Shown piece by piece: positions 39,853 to 49,425 of a stretch of 64,000 nt of DNA (position 1 is its first letter; the number at the start of each line of letters is the position of its first letter). Below the pieces are notes generated by a model. The model searched no databases. It was not told the DNA's origin and was given only the letters and a program-made list of their open reading frames with translations. The DNA is taken from NCBI GenBank assembly GCA_023389255.1, contig JAEWER010000037.1, positions 1,833 to 65,832 of the forward strand, written 5' to 3'. Both the position numbers and the translations under genes were made by a program. This DNA is from Bacillota bacterium (GTDB lineage Bacteria; Bacillota; Clostridia; Saccharofermentanales; DTU023).

Positions 39853-42474
39853 CTAACGAGGATTTTTGATTTGAGCTTGAGCTGCTGCCAACTTAGCGAT
39901 AGGTACACGATAAGGTGAGCAAGACACATAGTCGAAGCCTAAGCCATGGCAGAACTCAACTGAAGACGGATCACCACCGTGCTCACCACAAATACCTAAG
40001 TGGATATTGGGGTTCACAGGACGTGATTTCTCAGCTGCAATCTTCATCAACTGACCGACACCGTTAGTATCTAACTTAGCGGTAGGATCGTTTTCGAAGA
40101 TACCCTTTTGATAGTATGCTTCCAGAATTGCACCAGCATCGTCACGAGATAGACCATAGGTCATCTGAGTCAAGTCGTTGGTACCGAAGCTGTAGAAGTC
40201 AGCTTTGGTAGCGATTTGATCAGCAGTCAGTGCGGCTCTAGGAATCTCGATCATGGTACCGATGTGGTATTCCAGCTTGGTGTTGTGCTCTGCTAAGACA
40301 GCTTCAGCGGCATCAGTGATGACGCTACGCAGTAAAGCTAACTCTTTCACATCACAGACTAAGGGGACCATGATCTCAGGTACAACTGTAAACTCTTCAT
40401 CAGATGCTTCAATGGCGGCACTGATGATAGCTCTGGTCTGCATTTCTGCAATTTCAGGATAGGTTACAGCCAGACGGCAACCACGGTGACCCAACATGGG
40501 GTTCAGCTCGTGCAGATCGTTGATCTTGGTCTTTAACTCATCAACTGTAATCTCTAATTCGCGTGCCAGTTCAGCGATTTCGTGTTCGCTGGTGGGCAGG
40601 AATTCGTGCAGAGGCGGATCCAGTAAACGGATGGTTACAGGTAAACCTTTCATGGCTTTGAAGATGTTCAAGAAGTCATCTTTTTGGAAAGGTAAAATCT
40701 TTGCCAAAGCTCTTCTTCTGGCTTCAACGTCTTTAGCAACAATCATTTGACGGAAAGCAAAGATACGCTCAGGTTCAAAGAACATGTGCTCTGTTCTGAC
40801 CAGACCGATACCTTGTGCACCTAAGCTACGAGCAATCTCTGCATCGTGAGGTGTATCGGCATTGGTTCTGACTTCCAATTTACGGATTTCATCAGTCCAT
40901 TCCATGATCTTTTTGAAGTTCTCGGACATTTGAGCTTCAACTGTGTCGATGGCACCAGCATAGATATAACCAGTTGAACCATCTAAAGAGATCATGTCGC
41001 CTTCGCGATATTCCTTACCTGCAACGGTCATGGTTTTCTTCTCAGCATTGATGGAGATCTCAGCACAACCTGATACGCAGCATTTACCCATACCACGAGC
41101 AACAACGGCTGCGTGTGAAGTCATACCACCACGAACGGTCAGAATACCTTGAGCAGCATTCATACCTTGAATATCTTCAGGTGAAGTTTCATTACGAACT
41201 AAGATTACTTCTGCACCATTATCTGCTTGAGCTTGTGCATCTTCAGCAGTGAAGACGATATGACCAGCAGCAGCACCAGGTGAAGCAGGTAAACCCTTAG
41301 CGATGGGGGTAGCAGCTGCTAAAGCCTTGGTATCAAATGTGGGGTGCAACAGAGTATCCAATTGTTTGGGGTCAATTTGCATCAGAGCTTTCTTTTTATC
41401 GATGATGCCTTCTTCCACCATTTCTACTGCAACTCTTAAAGCTGCGGTAGCGGTACGCTTACCGTTACGAGTTTGCAACATGAACAGTTGTCCACGTTCA
41501 ATGGTGAATTCCATATCTTGCATATCACCGTAGTGTTTCTCTAACTTTAAGGCAATGTCATGGAATTGCTCATATGCTTCAGGCATTTGCTCTTTTAAGT
41601 GAGACATGGGGGACGGAGTACGGATACCAGCAACAACGTCCTCACCTTGAGCATTGATCAAGTATTCACCGTACAAGACATTCTCACCTGTGGAAGGGTT
41701 TCTGGTGAAAGCAACGCCAGTACCAGAATCATTACCCATGTTGCCGTAGACCATTTGTTGGACGTTAACGGCAGTACCCCAGCTGGCAGGAATATCATTC
41801 ATACGACGATAATATATGGCACGATCGTTATTCCAAGAGCGGAAAACAGCGGTGACAGATGCCAGTAATTGTTCCATGGGGTCGGTGGGGAATGAAGAAC
41901 CGTGTTTCTCGGCATAAACCTTCTTGAAACGCTCAACTACTTCCACCATGGCATCTGCATCTAAGTCAGAATCTAATTTAACGCCTTTGGCTTCTTTAAC
42001 AGCTTCTAACTCAGCTTCAAAGAAATCACTGTGGATTTCCATAACCACATCACCAAACATCATGATGAAACGGCGGTAGCTATCTAATGCGAATCTGCGA
42101 TTACCAGTTAACTCGGCTAAACCTTCGACAACTTCATCGTTCAAACCTAAATTCAGAACGGTGTCCATCATACCAGGCATGGAAGCTCTTGCACCTGAAC
42201 GTACAGAAACCAGCAGAGGGTTCTTCGGATCGCCGAAAGTACGATTGGTGATTTTTTCCAGATCTTTGACGGCAGTTTTGATTTGCTCTTGAATTTCACT
42301 CGAAATCTTCTTGCCATCTTCATAGTACTTGTTACAGGCATCGGTGGTGACAGTGAAACCTTGAGGTACGGGCAAACCTAAATTGGTCATTTCTGCCAAG
42401 TTAGCACCCTTGCCACCTAACACGTTGCGCATGGTTGCGTTACCTTCTTTGAATAGGTAAACAAACTTGCTCAT
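39853..42474 (-). CDS. ppdK: Pyruvate, phosphate dikinase
   Basis: 873 aa. Phosphohistidine motif GGMTSHAAVVARG and C-terminal CGEHGGDP. Confidence 0.96.
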   Translation of the reverse strand: MSKFVYLFKEGNATMRNVLGGKGANLAEMTNLGLPVPQGFTVTTDACNKYYEDGKKISSEIQEQIKTAVKDLEKITNRTFGDPKNPLLVSVRSGARASMPGMMDTVLNLGLNDEVVEGLAELTGNRRFALDSYRRFIMMFGDVVMEIHSDFFEAELEAVKEAKGVKLDSDLDADAMVEVVERFKKVYAEKHGSSFPTDPMEQLLASVTAVFRSWNNDRAIYYRRMNDIPASWGTAVNVQQMVYGNMGNDSGTGVAFTRNPSTGENVLYGEYLINAQGEDVVAGIRTPSPMSHLKEQMPEAYEQFHDIALKLEKHYGDMQDMEFTIERGQLFMLQTRNGKRTATAALRVAVEMVEEGIIDKKKALMQIDPKQLDTLLHPTFDTKALAAATPIAKGLPASPGAAAGHIVFTAEDAQAQADNGAEVILVRNETSPEDIQGMNAAQGILTVRGGMTSHAAVVARGMGKCCVSGCAEISINAEKKTMTVAGKEYREGDMISLDGSTGYIYAGAIDTVEAQMSENFKKIMEWTDEIRKLEVRTNADTPHDAEIARSLGAQGIGLVRTEHMFFEPERIFAFRQMIVAKDVEARRRALAKILPFQKDDFLNIFKAMKGLPVTIRLLDPPLHEFLPTSEHEIAELARELEITVDELKTKINDLHELNPMLGHRGCRLAVTYPEIAEMQTRAIISAAIEASDEEFTVVPEIMVPLVCDVKELALLRSVITDAAEAVLAEHNTKLEYHIGTMIEIPRAALTADQIATKADFYSFGTNDLTQMTYGLSRDDAGAILEAYYQKGIFENDPTAKLDTNGVGQLMKIAAEKSRPVNPNIHLGICGEHGGDPSSVEFCHGLGFDYVSCSPYRVPIAKLAAAQAQIKNPR

Positions 42475-42498
42475 TATTTCCTCCTTTTCAGCTGGTTA

Positions 42499-43890
42499 CT
42501 ACCAGATGAACTTTTCTACAAAATAATTTTCTAGTTCCGCAATTGGCATGCGGACTTGCTCCATCGAATCACGTTCACGCACTGTGACTTGACCATCTTC
42601 CACTGACTCGAAGTCAAAAGTGACACAGTAGGGAGTACCGATCTCATCTTGACGACGATAACGCTTGCCAATAGATTGACGATCGTCAAATTCAACTGCA
42701 AAACGCTTGCTCAATTGCTCATAAACTGCCATGGCTTGCTCGCTCAACTTAGCGGACAGAGGCAATACAGCAATTTTGACAGGGGCAATGGCTGGATGGA
42801 AACGTAAAACTGTACGGACTTCACCGTTCTCTAGTTCTTCTTCGTCATAGGCTGCACATAAGAATGCTAGCAACATACGATCGACACCCAAAGACGGCTC
42901 AATGACGTACGGGATATATTCTTCATTGGTGTGAGGATCACGATACATCAGGTTCTTTTTCGAATGCTCAATGTGTTGTTTGAGATCATAATCAGTACGA
43001 TCTGCAATACCCCACAGTTCACCCCAACCAAACGGGAAGTGGAATTCAAAATCAGTAGTTGCTTTAGAATAGAAAGCTAACTCCTCAGGCTCATGATCTC
43101 TAAGGCGCAATTGCTCTTCGGGAATGCCTAAGTTCAAAAGCCAATCTCTACAGAATTGGCGCCAGTAGGCAAACCACTCTAAATCGGTGCCTGGCTCACA
43201 GAAGAATTCCAACTCCATCTGTTCAAATTCACGAGTGCGGAAAATAAAGTTACCGGGCGTAATCTCATTACGGAAAGACTTACCGATTTGACAAATACCA
43301 AAAGGTAATTTCCTACGCGAAGAACGTTGCACATTGCGGAAATTAACAAAGATACCTTGTGCTGTTTCTGGTCTTAAATAGACTGTGGCAGCACTGTCTT
43401 CTGTTACACCTTGGAAAGTCTTGAACATTAAGTTGAACTTACGAATGGAAGTGAAATCATGCTTACCACATTGCGGACATGGTACTTCATGTTCCAAGAT
43501 GAAAGCCTGTAGCTCAGCCTCTCCCATGGCTTCCACATTAATATCAAGGCCATTTTCCTTGGCAAATTCTTCTACCAATTGATCAGCTCTAAAACGAGCT
43601 TTGCAATTTTTGCAGTCGATCATCGGATCAGAAAAACTAGATACGTGACCTGATGCCACCCAAGTTTCAGGGTTCATCAGAATGGCACAATCTAAACCCA
43701 CATTATGTGGATTCTGCGTAACAAACTTTTGCCACCATGCCTCTTTAACATTGCGTTTTAACTCAGCACCATAAGGTCCATAGTCCCAAGTATTAGCTAA
43801 GCCACCATAAATATCAGATCCAGGATAAACAAATCCTCTGTTCTTAGCTAAGGCAACTATGGTCTCCATCGATTTAGCTTCGGGCTTCAT
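42499..43890 (-). CDS. glyQS: Glycine--tRNA ligase (homodimeric alpha2 type)
   Basis: [34 protein letters not shown], 463 aa. Confidence 0.95.
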   Translation of the reverse strand: MKPEAKSMETIVALAKNRGFVYPGSDIYGGLANTWDYGPYGAELKRNVKEAWWQKFVTQNPHNVGLDCAILMNPETWVASGHVSSFSDPMIDCKNCKARFRADQLVEEFAKENGLDINVEAMGEAELQAFILEHEVPCPQCGKHDFTSIRKFNLMFKTFQGVTEDSAATVYLRPETAQGIFVNFRNVQRSSRRKLPFGICQIGKSFRNEITPGNFIFRTREFEQMELEFFCEPGTDLEWFAYWRQFCRDWLLNLGIPEEQLRLRDHEPEELAFYSKATTDFEFHFPFGWGELWGIADRTDYDLKQHIEHSKKNLMYRDPHTNEEYIPYVIEPSLGVDRMLLAFLCAAYDEEELENGEVRTVLRFHPAIAPVKIAVLPLSAKLSEQAMAVYEQLSKRFAVEFDDRQSIGKRYRRQDEIGTPYCVTFDFESVEDGQVTVRERDSMEQVRMPIAELENYFVEKFIW

Positions 43891-43902
43891 ATGTCCTCGC
43901 TA

Positions 43903-44412
43903 TTATGCTTCTTCGCTTTCGTCGCCTATTTCTTCGGCGCGTTTTTGTTGTGCTTGTGCGACAGACTGTGCGACAGCTTCTGCATATTCCTGCATGCTGG
44001 ACTCGCTGATCTGTTGTTCACGTTTGGCTACCATTTGTACTAATTGTTCAGCCATAGATTGCGCTTTATTTTCACGCTCTTCTAAGTCCGTTACAGGCAA
44101 AATCGGCAGACGTCTGGGAGTATCTTTAAAGTCCTCTTGATTAACTTTCTGCTTCGCTCTTTCAGCTGCAATCTGATTGAGCTCTACTTCTGGAATCAGG
44201 GGTACAACCACATTGACTCGGCCGTTGACATAGTCCACATTCTGAGCTGCTAATTCAGAAGCAGCTAAAGTGACCATGCTTTGATTTTCGACCTCTGCCA
44301 TGGGGCAAGCACCATCTACCAGCTGACGAGCTCGTTTGGCTGTGAGCATAGATAAGACATAACGGTTATCTACACGAGGTAATAATTCTTCAATCGGTGG
44401 TTTTACTAGCAT
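43903..44412 (-). CDS. rpoZ: DNA-directed RNA polymerase subunit omega with a long C-terminal extension
   Basis: N-terminal PPIEELLPRVDNRYVLSMLTAKRARQL, 169 aa in total, in the gmk-rpoZ synteny. Confidence 0.85.
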   Translation of the reverse strand: MLVKPPIEELLPRVDNRYVLSMLTAKRARQLVDGACPMAEVENQSMVTLAASELAAQNVDYVNGRVNVVVPLIPEVELNQIAAERAKQKVNQEDFKDTPRRLPILPVTDLEERENKAQSMAEQLVQMVAKREQQISESSMQEYAEAVAQSVAQAQQKRAEEIGDESEEA

Positions 44413-44477
44413 GTTCGCTCCTTATTAACGCTTATGTTGATTATCTTATATTTCTTTAACTCTGACTAGTTAGCCAA

Positions 44478-45152
44478 TTATTCGCTTAGATTTTGTGTAG
44501 CTCTTTGCTCCATCTGGGCAAAATCTACTTTCAATTCGCTGATCGCCTGTTTTTGCCGTCTCACTTTGCACGATTCTGCTAACAGAATAGATCTAAATCT
44601 AGCAAGACTATTTTCTAACACATCGTTGATCAACAAATAATCGAACTTCTCCACATTATCTAGCTCTTGCACCGCTTGTTGCAATCTCTGTTCAATAATG
44701 TGGGCTGGTTCTGTACCTCTACCCGTTAAACGATTACGCAACACTTCTAAATTCTCAGGAATAACAAACACTAAGACCGCAGCTTCTGGGAATAGTTCTT
44801 TTACCCTAAAGCCTCCAGCAATCGTGATATCCAACACAACATTTTTTCCAGACGCTAATTGTTCACGAATAGGCGGTGCAGGCGTTCCATAATAATTATC
44901 TAGATACTCATCGTATTCTAGAATTTCTCCTGCCTCTAATTGTCTTTCAAACTCTTCTCGAGAACAAAAGTAATAGTGTTCTCCGTGCTTCTCCCCTAAT
45001 CTGGGTTCTCTAGTTGTTTGTGAGATGGATAAAAATAAATTGGGAATATTTTCCAATAAGCCTGAAATCAACGTACCCTTACCTGCTCCTGAAGGACCAC
45101 AAACGCATAACAGCAAGCCGTTGCTCTGAAGTAAAGAATCTTTTTCTCTCAC
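44478..45152 (-). CDS. gmk: Guanylate kinase
   Basis: GPSGAGKGTL...TTREPRLGEKHGEHYYF. GTG start. Confidence 0.93.
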   Translation of the reverse strand: MREKDSLLQSNGLLLCVCGPSGAGKGTLISGLLENIPNLFLSISQTTREPRLGEKHGEHYYFCSREEFERQLEAGEILEYDEYLDNYYGTPAPPIREQLASGKNVVLDITIAGGFRVKELFPEAAVLVFVIPENLEVLRNRLTGRGTEPAHIIEQRLQQAVQELDNVEKFDYLLINDVLENSLARFRSILLAESCKVRRQKQAISELKVDFAQMEQRATQNLSE

Positions 45153-45226
45153 AAAATGCCTCTTAAATTCATATTAGGGAATTCAATTAATAAGCCTACT
45201 CAAAACGCCTGTAAATGTCTAGTTTT

Positions 45227-45484
45227 TTACTCTGCTAATGTTTTCTTAAGCTCCTGCATCAGAGTTTTCTCATCCAAAGAACTGAGCACAACATGATCAC
45301 TGTCCATTACCAGCACACCTGCTGTTTTCTTACCAGCTGTAGCATCGATCAAGTTGCCACGCTCTCTCGCCTCCCTGATCATGCGCCTAATCGGTGCAGA
45401 ATCCGGTGGCCCTACAATCGCTAACACTCGATTGGCAATAACACAGCTATCTGAACCGATACTAAGGATTTGAATCTTTTCCAT
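45227..45484 (-). CDS. remA: RemA/YlzA (DUF370) family regulator
   Basis: NRVLAIVGPPDSAPIRRMIREARERGNLIDATAGKKTAGVLVMDSDHVVLS. Confidence 0.9.
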   Translation of the reverse strand: MEKIQILSIGSDSCVIANRVLAIVGPPDSAPIRRMIREARERGNLIDATAGKKTAGVLVMDSDHVVLSSLDEKTLMQELKKTLAE

Positions 45485-45492
45485 ATCCCCAC

Positions 45493-46437
45493 CTATTCGA
45501 TATTTTGAATCTGTTCTCTGAATTGTTCGACTAACCCTTTGAGCTGGATAACTTGCTCCGTGATGGCAACATAATTCGCTTTAGAGCCAATGGTATTGGT
45601 TTCTCTATTTAACTCCTGGGCTAAAAAATCTAATTGCTTACCCCACACAGCAAAGTCAGTAGCATGTGGTTTGTTCTCAGCTTTTGCCTCTTCTAACCAC
45701 TGCTTGTATTTACGCAAATGATCATCGAGTCTGACAAGTTCTTCGTCGATGCAACATTTATCCGCAAAAATAGCTATTTCGTTCAAAAGACGCTGCTTGG
45801 GATAGTATTCTTCGTAATCTTCAGCTAGCAATTGTTCGATGCGTTTAGCTAGTCTTTCTTGAAACTGTGGTACAACCTGCGGTGCAAGTTGTTTAATATT
45901 TTCCACTATTTCCGCCATCTGTAGACCTTTGTCCTCTAGATCTCTGCGGATGCTCTCACCCTCGGCTTGACGCATGACAATTAAATTAAAGCAAGCCTTT
46001 TCTACAGTAGCTAGCAAAGCTTCTTTATCCAAATCAGAGAGCTCACTAATACTATTGTTAACCACTACGCCTGAACGCTCTGCTAAAGCAAGAACTAGAG
46101 GATCACTCACAGGAAGATTGACCAATTTTGCTAGTTGCTGATAAATAGCAAACTGCTCCTTAGCAGCATCTAGTTGCAACTTTCCCGTTGCGCTATCTTC
46201 TCCCACTAAATGTTCTTGCTCACTAGCTTTAGGCGCTGTGGTGATCACTACATTGAGCTTGCCACGCTTCAAATAAGTTTTGAGCAATTTCAAAATATCT
46301 GGTTCTAAACAGATAAAATCACGACTCATCGAACAGTTACATTCGAGGTAGCGAGAATTAACTGCTTTAATCTCTACTTTTATCTCGGTGGTGGTAGTTG
46401 CTCCATAAGCAACACCATAGCCAGTCATACTGCGCAT
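45493..46437 (-). CDS. yicC: YicC/YloC family protein
   Basis: The family start MRSMTGYG is at the ATG at 46437 (SD GGAGG). C-terminal RETNTIGSKA motif. Confidence 0.9.
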   Translation of the reverse strand: MRSMTGYGVAYGATTTTEIKVEIKAVNSRYLECNCSMSRDFICLEPDILKLLKTYLKRGKLNVVITTAPKASEQEHLVGEDSATGKLQLDAAKEQFAIYQQLAKLVNLPVSDPLVLALAERSGVVVNNSISELSDLDKEALLATVEKACFNLIVMRQAEGESIRRDLEDKGLQMAEIVENIKQLAPQVVPQFQERLAKRIEQLLAEDYEEYYPKQRLLNEIAIFADKCCIDEELVRLDDHLRKYKQWLEEAKAENKPHATDFAVWGKQLDFLAQELNRETNTIGSKANYVAITEQVIQLKGLVEQFREQIQNIE

Positions 46438-46512
46438 AAATACCTCCTCGTTCATTTTAGCGGAGATCATCTCTCACTGGTTATAATGAATAAAAAAGAT
46501 TGAGGAGTTACT

Positions 46513-47238
46513 ATGTCGGCAAAGATTTGGGCGCATCGCGGTGCCAGCTATGATTTCCCCGAAAACAGTATGATCGCTTTTGAACAAGCAGTTATACAGC
46601 AAGCAGATGGTATTGAACTAGACGTCCAACAAACTAAAGATGGCGTTTTAGTAATCTATCATGACGAACATCTGGGACGACTCACAGGTAAAAACGCTCT
46701 GTTAAAAGATTTGACTTGGGCAGAATTGCAAACTTTGAATATTTGCCAAACTTCTAGTAATCATGCTGATCAAGTTTGTCGCATTCCTAAGTTCAGTGAT
46801 TTTCTCTCTTGGTTTGCAACGCAAAATATCGAATTAAATATTGAAATCAAAAATGGTGCCTACCCCATACCCGGCGTAGAAAAGCGTTTGCTCCAGGAGA
46901 TAGAGAACTTACACTTAGAAAATCGCATCATCTTCAGTTCTTTCAATCACTTAAGTATGAAAGAAATAAAAGAACTGAATCCTGAAGTTCGTTGTGGCCT
47001 GCTTTATCTGGCACAACTTTATCGACCTTGGGAATATGCTAACAGTCTAGGGGTCGATGCCTTACACCCGATGAAAGCCAGTCTGCTCTATCCTGATTTT
47101 GTCAATATTTGCCATGACTCAGGCTTAGCCGTGCATCCTTGGACTATAGACGATGAAGCAGAATTAAAGCTCGCTTTTAGTCTAAACCCTGATGCTGTAA
47201 TCACAAACCGACCTGCTTTTGCCAGAAAATTGAGGTAA
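46513..47238 (+). CDS. Glycerophosphodiester phosphodiesterase (cytoplasmic, no signal peptide)
   Basis: IWAHRGASYDFPENSMIAFEQA...IELDVQQTKDG...HD matches the GDPD motifs. Confidence 0.88.
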   Translation: MSAKIWAHRGASYDFPENSMIAFEQAVIQQADGIELDVQQTKDGVLVIYHDEHLGRLTGKNALLKDLTWAELQTLNICQTSSNHADQVCRIPKFSDFLSWFATQNIELNIEIKNGAYPIPGVEKRLLQEIENLHLENRIIFSSFNHLSMKEIKELNPEVRCGLLYLAQLYRPWEYANSLGVDALHPMKASLLYPDFVNICHDSGLAVHPWTIDDEAELKLAFSLNPDAVITNRPAFARKLR

Positions 47239-47240
47239 AC

Positions 47241-48545
47241 ATGAAATTGAATTACAAACGCACTCTTTTACTGGGCTTTGGCTTTCTAGCCAGCCAATTA
47301 GCGTGGAGTTTATATAACAGTTTTGTTCCCGTAATGCTAGAACATCGTTTCGCTTTAAGCACCACTTTGATCGGTATTATCATGACGATCGATAACATGT
47401 TCGGCGTTATCTTTCAGCCTCTTGTTGGCGCATATAGCGACAAGACTAACACTCGTTTCGGCAGACGCATGCCCTGGTTGATGGTAGGCATACCCTTATC
47501 CGCTATCTTCTTTGCGCTCATTCCGCGCATGTTTAACTTTGGCTTGATGATCACCATGTTGATTTGTTTCAACCTGTTGATGTCTTTATGGCGCTCACCC
47601 GTAATCGCCTTAATGCCCGATTTAACTCCCGCACCTTTGCGCAGTAAAGCTAACGGTGTAATCAATTTTATGGGTGGTATCGGTAGCATCATTGCTTTCG
47701 GCGCTGGCGGCTATCTCTCCGCCCACGTAGACGATACAAATGGTGCAAGCTTTTTGCTGGGATCAGGCTTGATGATGTTCGCTTTAATCATGTTGCTCTG
47801 CTTTATCCGTGAACCTAAATCTCCTCTCGCTCCGAGCACAGATGAAGTTGATGATGACAACATGCTCGGTGTCTTCAAGGCGATTTTGGGTCAAAAAAAT
47901 CAGCATTTAGATAAGAGTGAAAAACGTAGCTTGTGGTTGATTCTACTCGCTATCTTCTTTTGGTTTTGCGCCTACAACTGTATCGAAACTTTCTTCACAC
48001 TATACGCTGTCAATGTGTTAGGGGTTGATAAAGGTAGAGCAACAATGATGCTCACAGCATTCTCACTCTCCTTTGTCATCTTCGCTATACCGGCTGGCTT
48101 AACCGCTGGTAAACTGGGACGCAAGCGCACCATTTTAATCGGTTTAGTAATTATGATTGGTCTACTCACCCCGATGGCTTTAATCAATTCTTGGTTACCT
48201 TTACTCGGTGGCATAAGCCCAGTCGTACCTGCCATCATTTTGTTAGCAATTTCTGGTGCAGGTTGGGCAATGGTCAACATCAACTCTCTACCTATGGTGG
48301 TAGATATGGCGGATAACTCATCGATCGGACGCTTTACTGGATATTACTACTTCTTCTCTTTTACAGCATCTATTTTCAGTCCAATTCTCTTTGGTGCCAT
48401 CCGTGATCTAACCCAAAATTATAGTTTGCTCTTCGTCTATGCCATCATCTGCTATGCCTTGGCAACCATCTGCATTTTAGGTGTCAAAAATGGCCATGGT
48501 GAAGTGAGTAAAACACATTCACAAAGTGCAGTAGAAAGTGCTTAG
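47241..48545 (+). CDS. MFS/GPH-type transporter (SLC45/sucrose-transporter-like signature)
   Basis: 12-TM-type profile. YSDKTNTRFGRRMPW resembles the GPH/SUC motif D-x-x-x-x-R-F-G-R-R-R-P. Confidence 0.75.
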   Translation: MKLNYKRTLLLGFGFLASQLAWSLYNSFVPVMLEHRFALSTTLIGIIMTIDNMFGVIFQPLVGAYSDKTNTRFGRRMPWLMVGIPLSAIFFALIPRMFNFGLMITMLICFNLLMSLWRSPVIALMPDLTPAPLRSKANGVINFMGGIGSIIAFGAGGYLSAHVDDTNGASFLLGSGLMMFALIMLLCFIREPKSPLAPSTDEVDDDNMLGVFKAILGQKNQHLDKSEKRSLWLILLAIFFWFCAYNCIETFFTLYAVNVLGVDKGRATMMLTAFSLSFVIFAIPAGLTAGKLGRKRTILIGLVIMIGLLTPMALINSWLPLLGGISPVVPAIILLAISGAGWAMVNINSLPMVVDMADNSSIGRFTGYYYFFSFTASIFSPILFGAIRDLTQNYSLLFVYAIICYALATICILGVKNGHGEVSKTHSQSAVESA

Positions 48546-48552
48546 GTGACAG

Positions 48553-49425
48553 GTGAAAATATTCGCTTTAGCTGATTTACACTTAGGTAATCAAGTGGGA
48601 AAATCCATGCATAAATTCGGTCCTAAGTGGGAAAATCATGAACAACGCATCGCTGATAATTTAGCTAAAGTAGCAACCGATGAAGATATTCTGCTACTAG
48701 CAGGTGATTTATCTTGGGCATTACACTTGTCAGAAGCAGAAAAAGATATGCGCTATATCGCTTCTTTGCCAGGGAGAAAAATCTTGCTTCGGGGTAACCA
48801 CGACTATTGGTGGACAACCATTAGCAAAGTACAACACGCCTTACAAAACTGGGGCTTAGCAGAACAAATTTTTCTTTTACAAAATAATGCCATACGCATT
48901 AGTGCTCAAGGTGAATTAAGTGGCATAGGCACTGGCTTTACTAGTAATAAGCAAACTGCTCAAGCTAAACGCAATTCTCTAAAAGAGAAACGGGTAAACG
49001 ATGCTTGTGTAGCAGACACTAACCCCGCTTCAACTGCGACTAAGCCGGGAATTGTAATTGCAGGCACTCGTGGCTGGAAACGACCAGATGATAACTCTTG
49101 GAAACAATCAGAAGATTTGCGTATTCTCAACCGTGAAGAACAACGTCTAACCAGCTCGCTAGAGCTAGCAAGGGCACTCAAACAACCTGGTGATTTGCTT
49201 GTTGCGATGCTTCACTATCCACCATTTGGCAAAAATTTGTTACCAACAAGCTACACAAATTTACTCAGCGATTATGGAGTAAAGCGTTGTGTTTTTGGTC
49301 ACATCCATTCGCCTGGACCCCAAGTCGTACACAATTTGGCGCTCAATGGTGTTAATTACGATATTGTGGCTTGTGACCAAGTAAATTGTGAGCCACTGTT
49401 ACTCTATGATTCATGCGCCCCATGA
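48553..49425 (+). CDS. Metallophosphoesterase
   Basis: GTG start; ALADLHLG...AGDLS...GNHDYWW...GHIH motifs. Its 3' end overlaps the convergent uvrC by 22 nt. Confidence 0.8.
   Translation: MKIFALADLHLGNQVGKSMHKFGPKWENHEQRIADNLAKVATDEDILLLAGDLSWALHLSEAEKDMRYIASLPGRKILLRGNHDYWWTTISKVQHALQNWGLAEQIFLLQNNAIRISAQGELSGIGTGFTSNKQTAQAKRNSLKEKRVNDACVADTNPASTATKPGIVIAGTRGWKRPDDNSWKQSEDLRILNREEQRLTSSLELARALKQPGDLLVAMLHYPPFGKNLLPTSYTNLLSDYGVKRCVFGHIHSPGPQVVHNLALNGVNYDIVACDQVNCEPLLLYDSCAP

Noticed and set aside
43891-43902. T-box or other leader upstream of glyQS
   Set aside because: Only 12 nt separate the rpoZ stop from the glyQS start, so no leader RNA can be accommodated.
48553-49425. Alternative genetic code (TGA recoding), considered because of the odd lineage features
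   Set aside because: This gene ends at a TGA in the expected place. All conserved genes translate full-length under the standard bacterial code, with TAA and TAG stops elsewhere.
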